Shown here: one piece after another, positions 26,547-41,300 of the stretch
How the letters are laid out: each line of letters starts with the position of its first letter
Numbering within the stretch: position 1 is the first letter of the stretch
From: Octopus vulgaris
Lineage: Eukaryota
Length of the DNA: 64,000 nucleotides
Direction: 5' to 3'
Assembly (NCBI GenBank): GCA_951406725.2
Contig: OX597827.1
Span: forward strand, 26,164,001-26,228,000
The notes under the pieces: generated by a model
What the model was told of the DNA's origin: nothing
The model's database searches: none
Seen by the model: the letters and a program-made list of their open reading frames with translations, nothing else
Program-made: the position numbers and the translations under genes

Positions 26547-27050
26547 CCACCATCGTTATAACTGCCATTAGCAACAATTTTACTGTTGCCAAGACGACGA
26601 GACTTGTTACATATGCGCCTGCGGCCGCCACCGCCACAGGTGCAATAAACGGCATCATCCTCAGCGCCCATCCATCCGTCTCTCTTCTCATCATTTAAAA
26701 TGTCTTTTGTGAAGAAAGTCCAATATTTTCAATCTGCGTAGAAGACAGCTTTATGTTATGAATATTTTCTCTACTTAAAGGAGCCGAACTGACAGAATCG
26801 TTAGCACGCCGGACAAAATGGTTTTGGGGTCGATGTAATCGACTTAGACCCACCCCTGAAAGTGCTGGCCTTGTGCCAAAATTTGAAACCAATATTTATT
26901 CTACGATACGAAATCTCTGTGCACACAGTCACACACACGCACACACACATACACATATACAGTCGCACACACCCATGCACACAAAAACACACACTCACAC
27001 ATACACATATGCAAATACACACACACACACACACAAACATATATATACAT

Positions 27051-27110
<60 letters not shown>

Positions 27111-27255
27111 GTAAAGTGTGTGAGTGTGAGAAATATCGGCAGACAGAAGCAGTAGACAAACAAACAGATAGATTGATATAAATACTTCAGAAATGTAACC
27201 ACACGAGGGCCTTTGATGATTTTCCTTCTTCTTCCTTAGACTTCCACCTTTCTGC

Positions 27256-27288
27256 TTTCTGATGAAGAGTCATGCTCGAAACGTTAAA
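27256..27288 (+). ncRNA. Minimal hammerhead motif in a related element (about 27200-27370)
   Basis: UUU-CUGAUGA-A-GAGU-CAU-GCUC-GAAAC-GUU-AAA. Downstream GAGCGTC..AATA is shared with the 2371 element. Confidence 0.65.
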
Positions 27289-27394
27289 AACTCATTTCAC
27301 AGAGCGTCAAACTAATATAACTCTCTTTTTACTCATTTCGGTTTTGAATTCTTTGTTCATTGAATTGACTATGTATATATATACATACACACAC

Positions 27395-27458
<64 letters not shown>

Positions 27459-27757
27459 GTGTGTGTGTGTGTACTCTCCCGTCATCGGATAGCGTATGAG
27501 GGTTCGGAACTTTCTCACTGAACAATCACAGAGATGATTTGTTTATAGTGATCAAATATTTTTGTAGACATAAGCTCATTTCCTCCATCAAATCGACATT
27601 ACCTGTACAACTGCAACGAGTGTCACATGACAGATGACGAAATAATCTCAGAGCAACATGAAATGAAGTGCTTTGCTCAAAAACACAGCGCAACGCTCGG
27701 TCCGGAACCCACGATCTCGCAATCTTCAGTGCAACACCCTAACCACTAAGCCATGCG

Positions 27758-27805
<48 letters not shown>

Positions 27806-27926
27806 ATATATAGAGATGAATGTAGAAATATATATGTATATATAAATGTATGTATATATATATACATATATATATGTATATATATATATATGTATGTAGA
27901 TATAGATTTAGACACGTATATATGCA

Positions 27927-27976
<50 letters not shown>

Positions 27977-28892
27977 CATTTAATTACTTACATCTATTTA
28001 TACATGCATATATACATGTCTACATGTATGTCTATATACATGCATGCGTACATACTTACTTACATACTTACGGACTCACATATATACACACACTTATAAG
28101 CGTATATACGTAGTTGTAATGTAAAAATTACATCTGTGTAGTCAGAATTCAGATACAGACTGACCTGATCTATTTGGGAACACCTTAAAACTTTATCTTT
28201 TCATTGCGGAGCTTCCCTAGGGAGTTGAAGGATGAGACAACTTGCAGAAACGCAAAAAAAAAAGAGAAAAAAGGAGAAAGTACTGACGTATTTGTAAGAG
28301 TGAACCCCACTAAGGAAAATGGAGTTAAATCTACTTTGCAATATGTCGCAACGCAAAGATCTTGAAAAGTACAGTAGTACATTTTGATCGACATTTTAAC
28401 ATTTCCTGGAATACTCATCTTTTGAAAAGGTACTTACTGTTATTGATTCGGAAAGGATAAACTTTAAATCACCACAACTCGATTTAAACATTGAGCACCG
28501 GACGAAATACTGTAAGGTAACTTATCCTACGTTCTACTGAATCTACGTGTTCGTCCCCCTTCATTGAAAGTTTACGAGTAGGGATGAAGATGTAATTCTA
28601 GAGGTGTTGTATAAAAGTATCTGGCAACACTCGTGAATAATTAACAGATTTTATTACAGGTCATTGTTTTCTGCGTTGGTCTTAAAAAATACTAACAGCG
28701 ACTAAGAAATACTAACAGGCGCAGGAGTGGTTGTGTGGTAAGTAGCTTGCTTATCAACCACATGGTTTCGGGTTCAGTCCCACTGCGTGGCACCTTGGTC
28801 AAGTGTTTTCTACTATAGCGTCGGGCCGACCAAAGGTATGTGGGTGGATTTGGTAGCAGGAAACTGAAAGAAGCCCGTCGTATATATGTATA

Positions 28893-28962
<70 letters not shown>

Positions 28963-28966
<4 letters not shown>

Positions 28967-29305
28967 AAAAAAAGCAACAAGAATGGATTAAAATCTCGGT
29001 ACGATTGTTTCGTACGAGGACATCTTTAATAAGCTACAAAAAATGCAGTAAATATAGATGGCTCGTACTCGTCAGCCGAAAAAACATCAGAGATTCCCAA
29101 ACATCAAAAGGGGTAGATACAAATGAGGGTGTAAGTTTAACTGCCTTGAAGAGATTTTAATCCATTCTTCTTGCTTTTTTCCTATTTGTAATCACCCCAC
29201 TTGTCGTATGGTTAACACCATATAGATTTCCGGTGCATCCTAGTTAAGGACCATATTCATGTGAATTCATTAGAATTCACTTGAATCTCAATTACTTAAA
29301 CCGAA
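28963..29305 (-). mobile_element. Short fold-back, hammerhead-bearing element (Penelope-like/retrozyme-like) in (TA)n
   Basis: ~34-bp inverted repeat 28963-28997 / 29151-29184 enclosing the HHR. (TA)n on both sides. Nested in the internal microsatellite of a SINE. Confidence 0.7.
28994..29081 (-). ncRNA. Canonical type-I hammerhead ribozyme
   Basis: Minus strand UUUCGG-CUGACGA-GUACGAG..CAUCU..AGAUG..CUCGUAC-GAAAC-AAUC-GUA-CCGAGA. All core nucleotides present, 6-bp stem I, 7-bp perfect stem II plus extension. Predicted cleavage between 29000 and 28999. Confidence 0.85.
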
Positions 29306-29400
29306 TATGTATATATATATGTATATAATATATATATATATGTGTTTATATATTTGTATGTATATATACATATATATATATACATATATATATATGTATG

Positions 29401-29458
<58 letters not shown>

Positions 29459-32400
29459 CATATATATATATATACATATATATATGTATGTATATATATA
29501 TATATATTTTATATATGTATCTATGTGTTTGTATATGATTGTGTCTGTATTTGTGTCCCCCAGCATCGCTTGACAACCGATACTGGTGTGTTTACATCCC
29601 CGTAACTTAGCAGTTCGGCAAAAGAGACGGATAAATAAGTACTAGGCTTACAAAGAATAAGTCTCGGGGCCCATTCGCTCAACTAAAGGCGGTGCTCCAG
29701 CATGGCTACCGTCAAATTACTGAAAAAAGTAAAAGAGTAAAAGAGCAGCAATTACTCATTGGGGAAGACATACTTAAAGGATCAATGTCCAATTATCTGA
29801 TGTAGCAATATATGTGGCTGGCCCATCACAACTGGGAAATAATGGCGCTATATTCGTTGTGACAAAATCTCTGGCTTCAATTATCAGGTGGTGGTGAATG
29901 AAAACGGAGACGCCGGATGACTCAGCATTATGCAATTACCACCAAACCCATCTTTATACGGAGGCTCAATGAGGAAGTTCTAGAAAGTCGCCTCACGTGA
30001 TGGCTTGACATTGGTTGGTCACTTAATCGGCCGATGACGGGAAATTCCTGCTGTTTGATCGTGACATTTACTCGTCTACCCAGCTATTCAGTGTCCAATC
30101 CGCTACAAAATCATTCTAATTCGTTCCCAAATGCTGATAATTTTAGACTTGCTGATCCACAATCCGGCCACATTCTATGAAACCATCTTAAAGTTAAAAG
30201 CAGAACATCACTGTAGTGTCATTGACAGGATAAAGTTAAGCAACAGTTTATATTTCAAAATAAAAATCTCTCTGTGATTCTGTTTGTAAATAAACTAAAC
30301 CCAGTAACATGGATATCTTTATCTCTGATTCCTATTTTTTACTTGTTTCTTATTTTTTACTTGTTTCGGCCATACTGTAGCACCGGCTTGGTGAGTTTTC
30401 AGTCAATGAATCGATTCAAGGACTTACATTTTAAGCCTTCTGCCTACTCTATCGGCCCCTTTTGCTTAATCGCTAAGTTACTACACCGTAAATACACCAA
30501 CACTGTTTGTCGAACCGCGGACTCACACACGTGTCAATATATATATATATACATACACACACACACGATGAGCTACTTTCACTTACCGTCTACCAAATCC
30601 ACTCACAAGGATTTAGTCTGCCTGAGGGTAGTGTTGAAGTGACTTGCCCAAGGTCCCGCACAATGGAATTAAACTCGGAATCATGTGGTTGGGAGGCGAG
30701 CCTCATACAACACAGAAAGACAGGAAAAGATGAGTATCAATCTGAACAGAAATTTCTTCGTGGACGATCTGAAGTTACAAATCCCAAAATATGAATAATT
30801 TACACTAAAGAACCTTGGGTTGTCCTATACAATGGCGGGATGGCCATTATAAATATTCTTCACAGATTGTAAATTTAGGGAAACAGTAAACCATTATAGC
30901 GCCAAGTCAAATACTGGTTTGATTACTTCTTCGATATCTGAGGAGGGTTACTCCAGCTACTTAAGTATAGATTAAATTATTTCCCATGAAAGAACTTCGA
31001 AGAAGGTACGCGTAATCAGCGAATATATTGTTGTTTGCATATATTAAATTTCTGGTGTGTAATATGTTTGCTGTACTTCTCAATACTAACACCAACATTT
31101 TATGTGTTTCATGGGATGATAGCAGGGATAAGACCTTCAGAATTAAAACTCCAAAAGTATACTCTTCTTTAGAGTCGCGCTTCTAATATATCATTTACTG
31201 CGAAACCGGATATTGAATTCCCACGAGCAATCCCGTAACAACCAGGTCAGGTCGAGTACTAAGAAGGCCATTGCTTGATGGTTTCACACCAGACTTCTAG
31301 CGCAGTGGAGAAGACAGTTGTAAAGGCATTTCTAATCCATCATTTACTGCGGTCCTGTACTTCCTGCTTTCGTTCAATACTGAATCGCTTCTTTCTACAA
31401 TATATAAATTTCCTAACTCATGTCGGCATCTTCTTAGGATTGAATAAAACCCTCTTCAGCGTGTAGATAAAACCTCTACCAACAGATATTTCTATATCAA
31501 TGGTGATAGTAACTAAGACGCGAAATGCTTCACACATTATTACACAGAACATGTATTCTAGTTACAGACGGTGTATAAAAACTAATTGTTTATTTTTACA
31601 ATTTAGAAAGTTACTCACGCGCGCGCGTGCACACACATACACGCATACAAAAAAACACACATATACACACATACACACAGACACACACACACACAGATAC
31701 AACACATACACACATACGCATACATACACCCATAACACACATGTATGCAACAACACAATACATACACGCACAAAACACACACAACACACACATTCACATA
31801 CAGTCAACACGCAACACACACACACATACATCACATACACACAGAACATACTAACACACATACACACTACACAAACACAACACACACATACAAACTCACA
31901 CAGCAACGCATAAACAAACATACATAGACACACAGGCGCACGCACGGACACGCACAGACACACACATGCAAAACACACATACTAACATATATGTAGAACA
32001 AAACTAAAGTGAAGAACGGAAGTCATTTAATGGCTCCATCGTACGCACATTTCATTAACATAAGATGATTGTAGCTAAAAAATACAAACTGCATAATTGC
32101 AAAATCAAGACTCGGTGGGCTCATCGAATCCCCAGAGACCTGGGTGTCTTTTACGTAACAACGCTTCACTGGAAGGCCGTTGACAGAAATCACTATCGTG
32201 ACCATCACTCGAGTCCTTCACGCACACACATACACACGCACACATACACACACACACATTTTGTATTTAATGTAAAATGAGAGTGAAATTTATGGCTATC
32301 ATGTATTTACAATCTCCAATGAATTGTATGTTTACCAACCAGTAAGGGTGGACATTTTTCCGAGTTGGGAAATCAGCTGTTAGAAAGAGTTGTTGAATCT

Positions 32401-33166
32401 CACCCGCACCGTACCTTACTCTCTTAAGAAAATTAATAGCCATTCACTTATTTTATATAGTCTTAAATAATGTACTAGCATATTAAACAGACGTAGGCAA
32501 CCATGACTTTGCTCCTATGTCTGATCTATCACAGATGACCTTTGTCTAAACATCAACCACAACAACAACACCAACAGCAACAGCACTTACGTTTCATCTT
32601 AATCACTAATTAATATTAATGCGACTACCATATTTTATGCGTAAATACGAACTGACAAAAATCTATAAAAATGTCAGAAAATGATAATGAAAAGTTAAAA
32701 CCCTAATCCATTAGTAAAGTCGTTTTTGTGGCTGTGTTTTAAATATTTTTTATGTATTTGTCTGTTTTGTACTAAAGATTTATTAGGTGAAGCAAGTTAG
32801 TCCTAGATGTTTAAATCAAATTTTACTTTCTTCCTTCAAACCAATTCCAGTGTTCACCAGTTAAATTAGTCAAAATTTCAAAAGCCATGTTTATTCTCAA
32901 ATCTCTCTCTCTCTCGATTTAAACATGAATCATCCTTTTACGATAAAGTGAATTTAGAAATCAATCGACTTGTAACCGACCAGAAATGCATGCAGCGATT
33001 CAATTAACATATCTTTATGCACTATCTTCCAACACAGCTTTATATCATCATCATCAACACCATCATCATCACCACCACCAAAGAGAACAAAAACACCACC
33101 ACCAGCACCACCACAACCATCATCATCATCATCATCATCACCACCACCACTACAACCACCAATACC

Positions 33167-33197
<31 letters not shown>

Positions 33198-33237
33198 ACA
33201 TCGTCCTTGTCATCATCACCGTCATCGCCACGATTAC

Positions 33238-33300
<63 letters not shown>

Positions 33301-33303
33301 TAC

Positions 33304-33357
<54 letters not shown>

Positions 33358-33634
33358 TATTATTATTATTATTATCATTATTATTTTTATTATCCTTATC
33401 ATCATGCCATTTGCTAACGCTGTGTAGCAACCTCGAGTTTATCCTCTATATCGCTTAAATAAGTGTCTGACTTCAAGAAGTTTGACACACAAATGCGTAA
33501 CATATCAACTATATGTAGCTATACAATTATGCATGTATGTATACACACACACAAACACACACACACATATATATATATATATAATACGAGCATACTTATA
33601 TAAATATATACATACATATATACATATGTATACA

Positions 33635-33674
<40 letters not shown>

Positions 33675-33683
33675 CACACACAC

Positions 33684-33715
<32 letters not shown>

Positions 33716-34504
33716 ACGTACGTATGTATATGTTTGCATGTTTCTGTAAGTGCTTGTGTGTATGTGAATGTATATATATATATATATATATATACATTCA
33801 CATACACACACACACACATATATACATATATTCACATACATATATACGCACATAAACAGACACAAACATTCACATACACACACACACATATATATACATA
33901 TGTACCTATGTGTGTATGGCACCTTTTTATGTTTGTGAATTTAGAGTATATATGCGTGTACAGGTAGAACTTATTTCACTCTTTCTCTCTCTCTCCATAT
34001 ATATATATATACGGCTGTGGTGCGTATGTGTATGTGTGCATAGCAAACGAAATGAATCGATGGAATAATATAAACGAAAGCTTCTATCAAATCATTTCCT
34101 CCAGACATGGTTCCGATAGAAAAATAATTGATAAATGGATTTTGTGTGATGTCGCTGATGTCTTAAATATATTTCGTGACACTCATCGCTCCAAGTTGGT
34201 TTGTGCCATTTAGAGAGGAAACCAGATGACGAGGCGATTTGCACTATCTTCTGAAATTAGCTATAAACTAGGAAATCGGTTTAGATTCGGAAAACTCTGG
34301 TAATAAAAAGCTAAAACCAGAGATCTTCGAAATGGTTTACTTACTGTACACTACATATAGGTACATATAGGTGTAAGCATATATATGTATGCATATATAA
34401 ATATGTATACATATACCTACGTATATATATGTGTGTGTGTGAGTGAATATATATGTGTGTATATATAATATATATACATATAAATATATATATTCCTATG
34501 TATG

Positions 34505-34538
<34 letters not shown>

Positions 34539-34726
34539 CGTACATATATGTGTTTGTGTGTGCGCGCATGTCATCTAGCTATAGTAAAGTAACTTTAGTC
34601 GCAGCCCATAAAACTGTGTGTGATGCAATATATTTTTGAAACTATTTCAGTTACATAAAAAGCGTTTTCTGGTTCGACTTTCTGGTTCTCTTCATACTTA
34701 TGTGTTTGTATGTGCCTGTGTATACA

Positions 34727-34773
<47 letters not shown>

Positions 34774-34776
34774 CAC

Positions 34777-34826
<50 letters not shown>

Positions 34827-35002
34827 AAATGTATAAATATGTATATATATATATACGGATATATGTATATATGTATATATATGTATATATATGTATATAT
34901 ATATATATATGTATATATGTATATATGTATTTATATATGCATATGCATATATATATGTATATACATATATGCGTATATATATAAATATATACATATATAT
35001 GC

Positions 35003-35063
<61 letters not shown>

Positions 35064-35589
35064 AAGAGAGAGAGAGTGATAAAGAGAGAAAGAGAGAAAT
35101 ATATGTACATTCGTACATACATATAAACATTATACCTAGATATGTACAGAGACATATATATTGGTACATTATACTTCAACATCACGTTTACTATCAGTCT
35201 GCAATTAAAAAAAAAAATAGAGTTTTCCGTGCAAGGAAATATACTTTGATAATATAAATCTCAACCATCGAAATCGCTTTCTCCTTTGCACTTTTTTCTT
35301 ATTTTCAACAATGCATCCAACAAACCACCTGTAGATTGATGTGTCCAACTATTTTTAGCATCATTTTTAGTATGTAGAGGGTGAGATTTTTGTTACCCTA
35401 CTTATCATCGGCATATAAGATGCACTCTTGCACAAGACAAACCTCAACTTTTTTGTTGGAAAGGAAGACTTTTGTGCAAAGAAGAGTATAATTTGTAGAA
35501 AAAACAAATTTAATATACTCATACACGGTCTGCCATCCATGATAAGCTTGCATGAGACGCATTGCAAAGAATAAGAAAACGCGTCTTAT

Positions 35590-35870
35590 ACAGTAAATTA
35601 AAATATATATAATGTGAAGTATATATTTGCCACTTAAATGGGGCTAACCACTAAGGGTGGATGCTACTGTAGCTTGTAGCCCCAGGAGGACACCTCCTCC
35701 TGCTGGCTATTGACACACTTTCTGTGCCCTATCAGTATTTGCAAAGGGAAGCCATCCTCCCCATCGTCGACGTGACGTGATACGCACGGACCCGGGTTTC
35801 TGAGTATTTATCCGTCGTCAGCGCACGACGATCAACGGTCTTCGATGCGAAGGGGTCCCAATGCAAATAC
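35590..35870 (-). mobile_element. GC-rich ~280-bp hammerhead-bearing element
   Basis: Abrupt GC-rich block between short TA and TACA repeats, containing the 35783-35827 motif. Confidence 0.5.
35783..35827 (-). ncRNA. Type-I hammerhead motif with weak stem II
   Basis: Minus strand CGUGCG-CUGACGA-CGGAUAAAUACUCA-GAAAC-CCGG-GUC-CGUGCG. Palindromic stem III ACCCGGGU; 6-bp stem I with two G.U pairs. Confidence 0.7.
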
Positions 35871-36564
35871 ATACATACTTTTTCCAGTTTACACGTTTTC
35901 TAAAGTAAATATAATTTCTTAAGAATAATACATTTCAAGTAAAACGATACTATGGCCATCCACGTTAAATAATCACATTCGACTGACGGTCTGCTTTCGT
36001 TTTATAATTGGATCACTGACATAATTTTGCAGTTTTTTGGCTTGAGAACCCGTGTATTTACTTGTAAACCCGTCTCCAAAAATTTAAGACTACATTTATT
36101 CTGTAGCACGAGCTACTAATTCCTCACGACTCTCTACTTCGTCCAAAATAACGTCTAAAATCGTTATAGACAACGGATTCTTCTGTTCATTGAGCTTGTC
36201 AATGTATCTGTTCCTGTGAGCTTGTCAATGTATCTGTTCCTGTGAAGTTTCCTTGCAAGTAGCAAGATAAGGTTTTCTTTTTAAATTTTAGTTTCTGGCA
36301 GAGTGAACGATGTTTTCTAACGGAAGAACAAATGGTGACACATTTTGTCATTTGTAATATCTCGGTGATTCCAGAAAGTAAAGTATAGAATAAAATACCA
36401 AAAGTCTCTCTCTTTGAAACTCTTACAATTCCACGTATTCACTCGGCTAGAATTACATTTTTAAAGGTACATTTGACCTCGATCGGACTTGAACTTAGAA
36501 CGTAATGAACCTGAACAAGTATAGAAAGAGATTTCACTCGACATTTTAATTATAGCAAAATATT

Positions 36565-37500
36565 TGTTTCAAGTTTTGGTACTTGGCCAGCTAATTCCGT
36601 GGAGGGGATAATCCGATTACATCAACTCCAGTACAAATGTGGTACCTATTTTATCGATCTCTAAAGTCGATCTCGGCGGAATTTGAACGTAAAGTAGTGT
36701 GGAATGCAGCTAAGCATTTAGCGTGGTGTGCTAAGATCATTTATGCTAAAGGCACAAGGCCAGAAGTTTAAGAGGATGGGGAAGGTGAATTACACCGACC
36801 CCAGAGCATGACTGGTACTTTATTCTACTGACCTCGAAAAAAGTGAAATGCAAAGCATTTTGTCCGACATGCTAACGGTTCTGCCAGCTCACCGTCTTAA
36901 TGATAAACATGTCTGCTATAAGCATAAGGCATGAAATTTAGGAGCGGGGTACTGGTATTTAATTTATCGACCCCGGAGGATGAAAGGCAAATTCGACCTC
37001 AGCGGAATTTGAACTCAGAACGTAAAGACGGATGAAATGCCAATTAGCATTTTGCCCGGCGTTCTAACGAGTCTCCCAGCTCGTCACCTTAATGATAATA
37101 AAAATATTCTGAGCAAAATCGAGAAGAATTTATTTCAGAGAATGATATACTCGTCAGGGGCTGAAACCGTACGGTAAAGAGTTATCACAGCCGCCAGTTT
37201 CCGGCCCTCTACGACCGCTGCCGGCATGTTTGTATACAATTATATGTGCGTTGGCAGCAGCAACAGAGATATTTAGCCCTTATTTCTAGCAGTGTTCTAG
37301 TAATGTAAGTGTTCTGTTTTGGTGAAACTCTGCTAACTAGCTGTCTCATTCAATTATATGTATATATGTTAGGTCGACTACGTCGACCCCAATGCTCAAG
37401 CGGTACTTTTTATATGAACCCCAAAAGGATGACGAGCAAAATCGGCTTCGGAGGCACTTGAACTCGGAACATAAAGATGGACGGAATGCTGCTAATCACT
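36565..37500 (-). mobile_element. Cluster of minus-strand SINE family N fragments
   Basis: ATCGACCCCG..GGATGAAAGGCAAA..CGACCTC.GCGGAATTTGAACTCAGAACG..CCAGCTC. Confidence 0.75.
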
Positions 37501-38039
37501 GCAATCAATTCCGCCGGATCGTTGCCTTCATATGTGTATATATTACTTCAAGTGACAAATGCCTATGCTGAACATGTATATAGAAAAGAAAAATGATGTT
37601 GTAATATTCATAATGTCTTAAGAGAAAAAAAAACCTAACGTAAACAGTGAATGATTCCAGCGTAGATTCGAAACCCCACTGCAGGAAGAATGCATACCTT
37701 TCCCCCATCGTAATGTGATTTCAAATTCGCATTAACGAGAAGAGGAGATTTTCAATCATCGCGTAACCTCCCACTTCTTCTCTCTGCCAATCTTTCACAC
37801 CCTTTCCTACGCCTTCACTCTCTCTCTCTCTCTCCTTCTCTCCCTCTTTCCTTCTCTGTCTTTCCTTCTCACTCTCCTTCATTCTCTGTCTTTCTGCATA
37901 TATTTCTACTCCCAAAACTTATTCCCTCTAACGCTCTCTCCAGTTATTCTCCAGTTATTTTTCATCGGTCTTTTCTTCATTCTTCAACAATATTTCTCAT
38001 ACACGCAAAGGACACCATTACAGATCAGGCTTTAAGATG

Positions 38040-38089
<50 letters not shown>

Positions 38090-38626
38090 CATGTATGTTT
38101 GTATGTAAGTACGTATGTATGTATGTATGTACGTATGTAAGTATGTATGAATGCATGTAAGTATTTATGCATGTATGTATATGTGTGTATGTATGCATGT
38201 ATGTATGTATGTATGCATATATGTATGTGCATATATATGTGTTTGTATATGTATGTATGCATGTATGTATGTATATATTGATGTATATGTGTATGTACAT
38301 GTATACATATGTATGCCTATATGTGCATATATATATATATACACATACATATATACATACATTTATATAATTACATACGTAGATTAAAATACAGATCCAA
38401 ATAGATACTACACCTACCCCCCTCTCTCTCTATATATATATATATGTGTGTGTATGTGTATTACACAAACACACACACATATATTCATACATATACTTAT
38501 GCATGTTCGTGTGTGCCTGTGTGTGTGAGTGTGTCTGTTTATACATATACATATATAAATGTATATATATATATATATTATAAATTAGGGTATCTACGAG
38601 ATACCAACGGCGGGAATTAATATATG

Positions 38627-38669
<43 letters not shown>

Positions 38670-38692
38670 ATGTATATGTATATGTATGTATG

Positions 38693-38726
<34 letters not shown>

Positions 38727-39358
38727 TGTATGTATGTATGTATGTATGTATAGACTTCTATACATTCATATATTCATGAATGTTATTACGCAGGAAACTC
38801 CACAGACATCAAACTTATTGTCTTAACAAGCGTCTGTTTATTTCGTAGCAAAATCGTTTCCAGTTTGCACTTCGCTTGTCTCACAAACATTATTCCACAG
38901 TGCTAGCAGTAGAGTTTTTCAAGAAATTATTTAAAGGCTTGCACATGCAACATGCAGCAATTTATAAATTAAGTCGCTGCTAGTTTGCACTCCTGCTGGA
39001 GATAAGCCAGTCGCAATTATTCGACTCGCGCAAATATCGCCAATATGCTTCAACCAAAATCATATTCCAAACAACGTTCCGTTATTGTGATCAGAACGCG
39101 TAGTTCGTGAGTTTCTGTGAATATTTCTGTCACATCGTTTTCGTGTTTGTTATTATATTATGTGTGAACATTAAAGCTGACTTGTGTTATGTTTTCGTTC
39201 AAGTAAGAAGTGCTTTGTTCTTTTGATTTGTTCTTTCATTTGTCAGTCTTTTTTCTTTCATTTTTGTCCTTTACATCACACAAATACGCTCTAATATGTC
39301 TGCACGCATGCACACATCCATATTCACGCAAACACTCACATATTCGCATATATTTATG

Positions 39359-39425
<67 letters not shown>

Positions 39426-39935
39426 TATATATATTGTATATATATATTATATATATATATATACACATACATATATATATATGTATTTATCTACAGGTAA
39501 ATACATATTGGCAATATATCATATATATATATATGTATTTATCTACAAGTAAATACATATAGGCAATACATGTATATATGTATATATGATTTTATGTATT
39601 TGTGCATGTATGTATACGCATAATTGCATGTATGTTTATATATATATATATATGTGTGCATAGATTTGTATATCTATATCTATATCTATCAATGTATATG
39701 TATGCATGTATGTATGTGTGCATGTATATGTATATGTATGTAAATATATGTGTGAATCTGTGTGCAATCGTATTTCATTGAAGCCAAGGAAAAATTGCTG
39801 AGCATACCACGTAATCTATTTCAATTCTATTATATGTAGGAAAGAGAGAGTGGGGGAAAGAGAAGAGCAAAAGAATGCGAGAGAGAGAGAAAGAGAGAGA
39901 TGTGTGTGTGTATCCATATATGCATGTTTGTACGG

Positions 39936-40020
<85 letters not shown>

Positions 40021-41026
40021 TGTATGTATGTATGTATGTATGTATGTGTATGATGAATACCGTTTCTTTTAAACTCGTATTGAAAACATCAGCGCAGTCT
40101 AGTTTTCTCATTTGTTTTTCTTTGTTTTTCTTTTGTCTTTTAATCTTTACGAGTTCTTTGCAGTTTGTGTGGAACAGTAAAGTTCCTATGTGTATGAAAG
40201 TTTCTAGATATTCTCGGTCTTATCGTTTGGATGAAAGATTTGATTTTGGCATGTGTTTCGACCATTTTATAAGCAAGAGGAATGAAAATGAAGCTTTGTT
40301 AGTAGACCAATCTATTGAGAATGAAAACCACGAATCTTATTGCAACTATCTACGTTAACATAGGAGTAACAGACACCGACGCCAGCCACCTTATCCAGAA
40401 GAAGAGACGGTGAAGTCTCTTTCTGTTTTAGTCGGAAGTTGTGTTATAGTCGGAAATAAAATGTAAAGAACTCCAACTGCAATATGAAAAATGGAAAACA
40501 GGAATACATGAGTGCAATTTGTGCTTCAATGAAAATGAAAATGCACAGACACACACACATACCCACGTTCAAACTTATAATTTAATGAATACATGATCTA
40601 CTTCAAGTTTCACGTTCGAAAGTCTTTCATCCTGAACGATTACTGGATCGTGCACGGTTCACAATGCCATTCCGACCACAAGACTTGACGTAGCTCATGT
40701 ATATTTACTCTATCCATGAAATGATATTGATCCATGAATATTATTTAATGAACAAATACACACAGAACACACACACGTGCACGGGCGTATCTATGACTAG
40801 ATGGATAGATGGACAGACGTAGGAAAGATTGGATGGACTTGTACCAATAAAATCTATCGTTTGTCAGAATCGTTAGTATGCCAGTTAATATTCTTTGCGT
40901 TTCCACTCTTTGCGCTCCGAGTGTAAATCCCACCGAGGTCCAGTTTGTCTTTTATACGTTCGTGATCCATAATTTAAGTAGCACTCAAGAAACATAGTTT
41001 ATTCCTGCCTGTTTGTCTGCCTGTCT

Positions 41027-41094
<68 letters not shown>

Positions 41095-41097
<3 letters not shown>

Positions 41098-41252
41098 ATA
41101 AAAAATGGAGTTAACGCAGGTGTAATCAAATATTTTTACTTTCGACACATGTTTCGAAAATTCCACTGATACTATTCAAAAATATTTGATTTACCTGGTA
41201 ACTATTTATTTATTTTTTCCGTGTTAATTGTTAACAATGTAAAAATACACTC

Positions 41253-41260
<8 letters not shown>
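41095..41260. mobile_element. Fold-back element in (TA)n with half a hammerhead
   Basis: CAGGTGTAATCAAATATTTTT / AAAAATATTTGATTTACCTG. Minus-strand CGAAAC-AUGU-GUC lies next to the arm; no CUGANGA was found. Confidence 0.55.

Positions 41261-41300
<40 letters not shown>

Larger units (their letters stand above)
28718..29745 (+). mobile_element. tRNA-derived SINE family M (internal TA/TG microsatellite), full length with nested element
   Basis: Head GGCGCAGGAGTGGTTGTGTGGTAAG..GGGTTCAGTCCC; ..GAAAGAAGCCCGTCG-(TA)n; 3' half ..GTAACTTAGC.GTTCGGCAAAAGAGAC..GTGCTCCAGCATGG..(GTAAAAGA)n. Confidence 0.85.

Noticed and set aside
26201-26698. Acidic/Gly-rich or hydrophobic ORFs
   Set aside because: Built from (CAT)/(CAC) repeats open in several frames, with no coding signature.
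39900-40358. 152-aa ORF with a complex C-terminus
   Set aside because: The N-terminal half is microsatellite and the rest matches no family I recognise. Kept only as a weak exon candidate.
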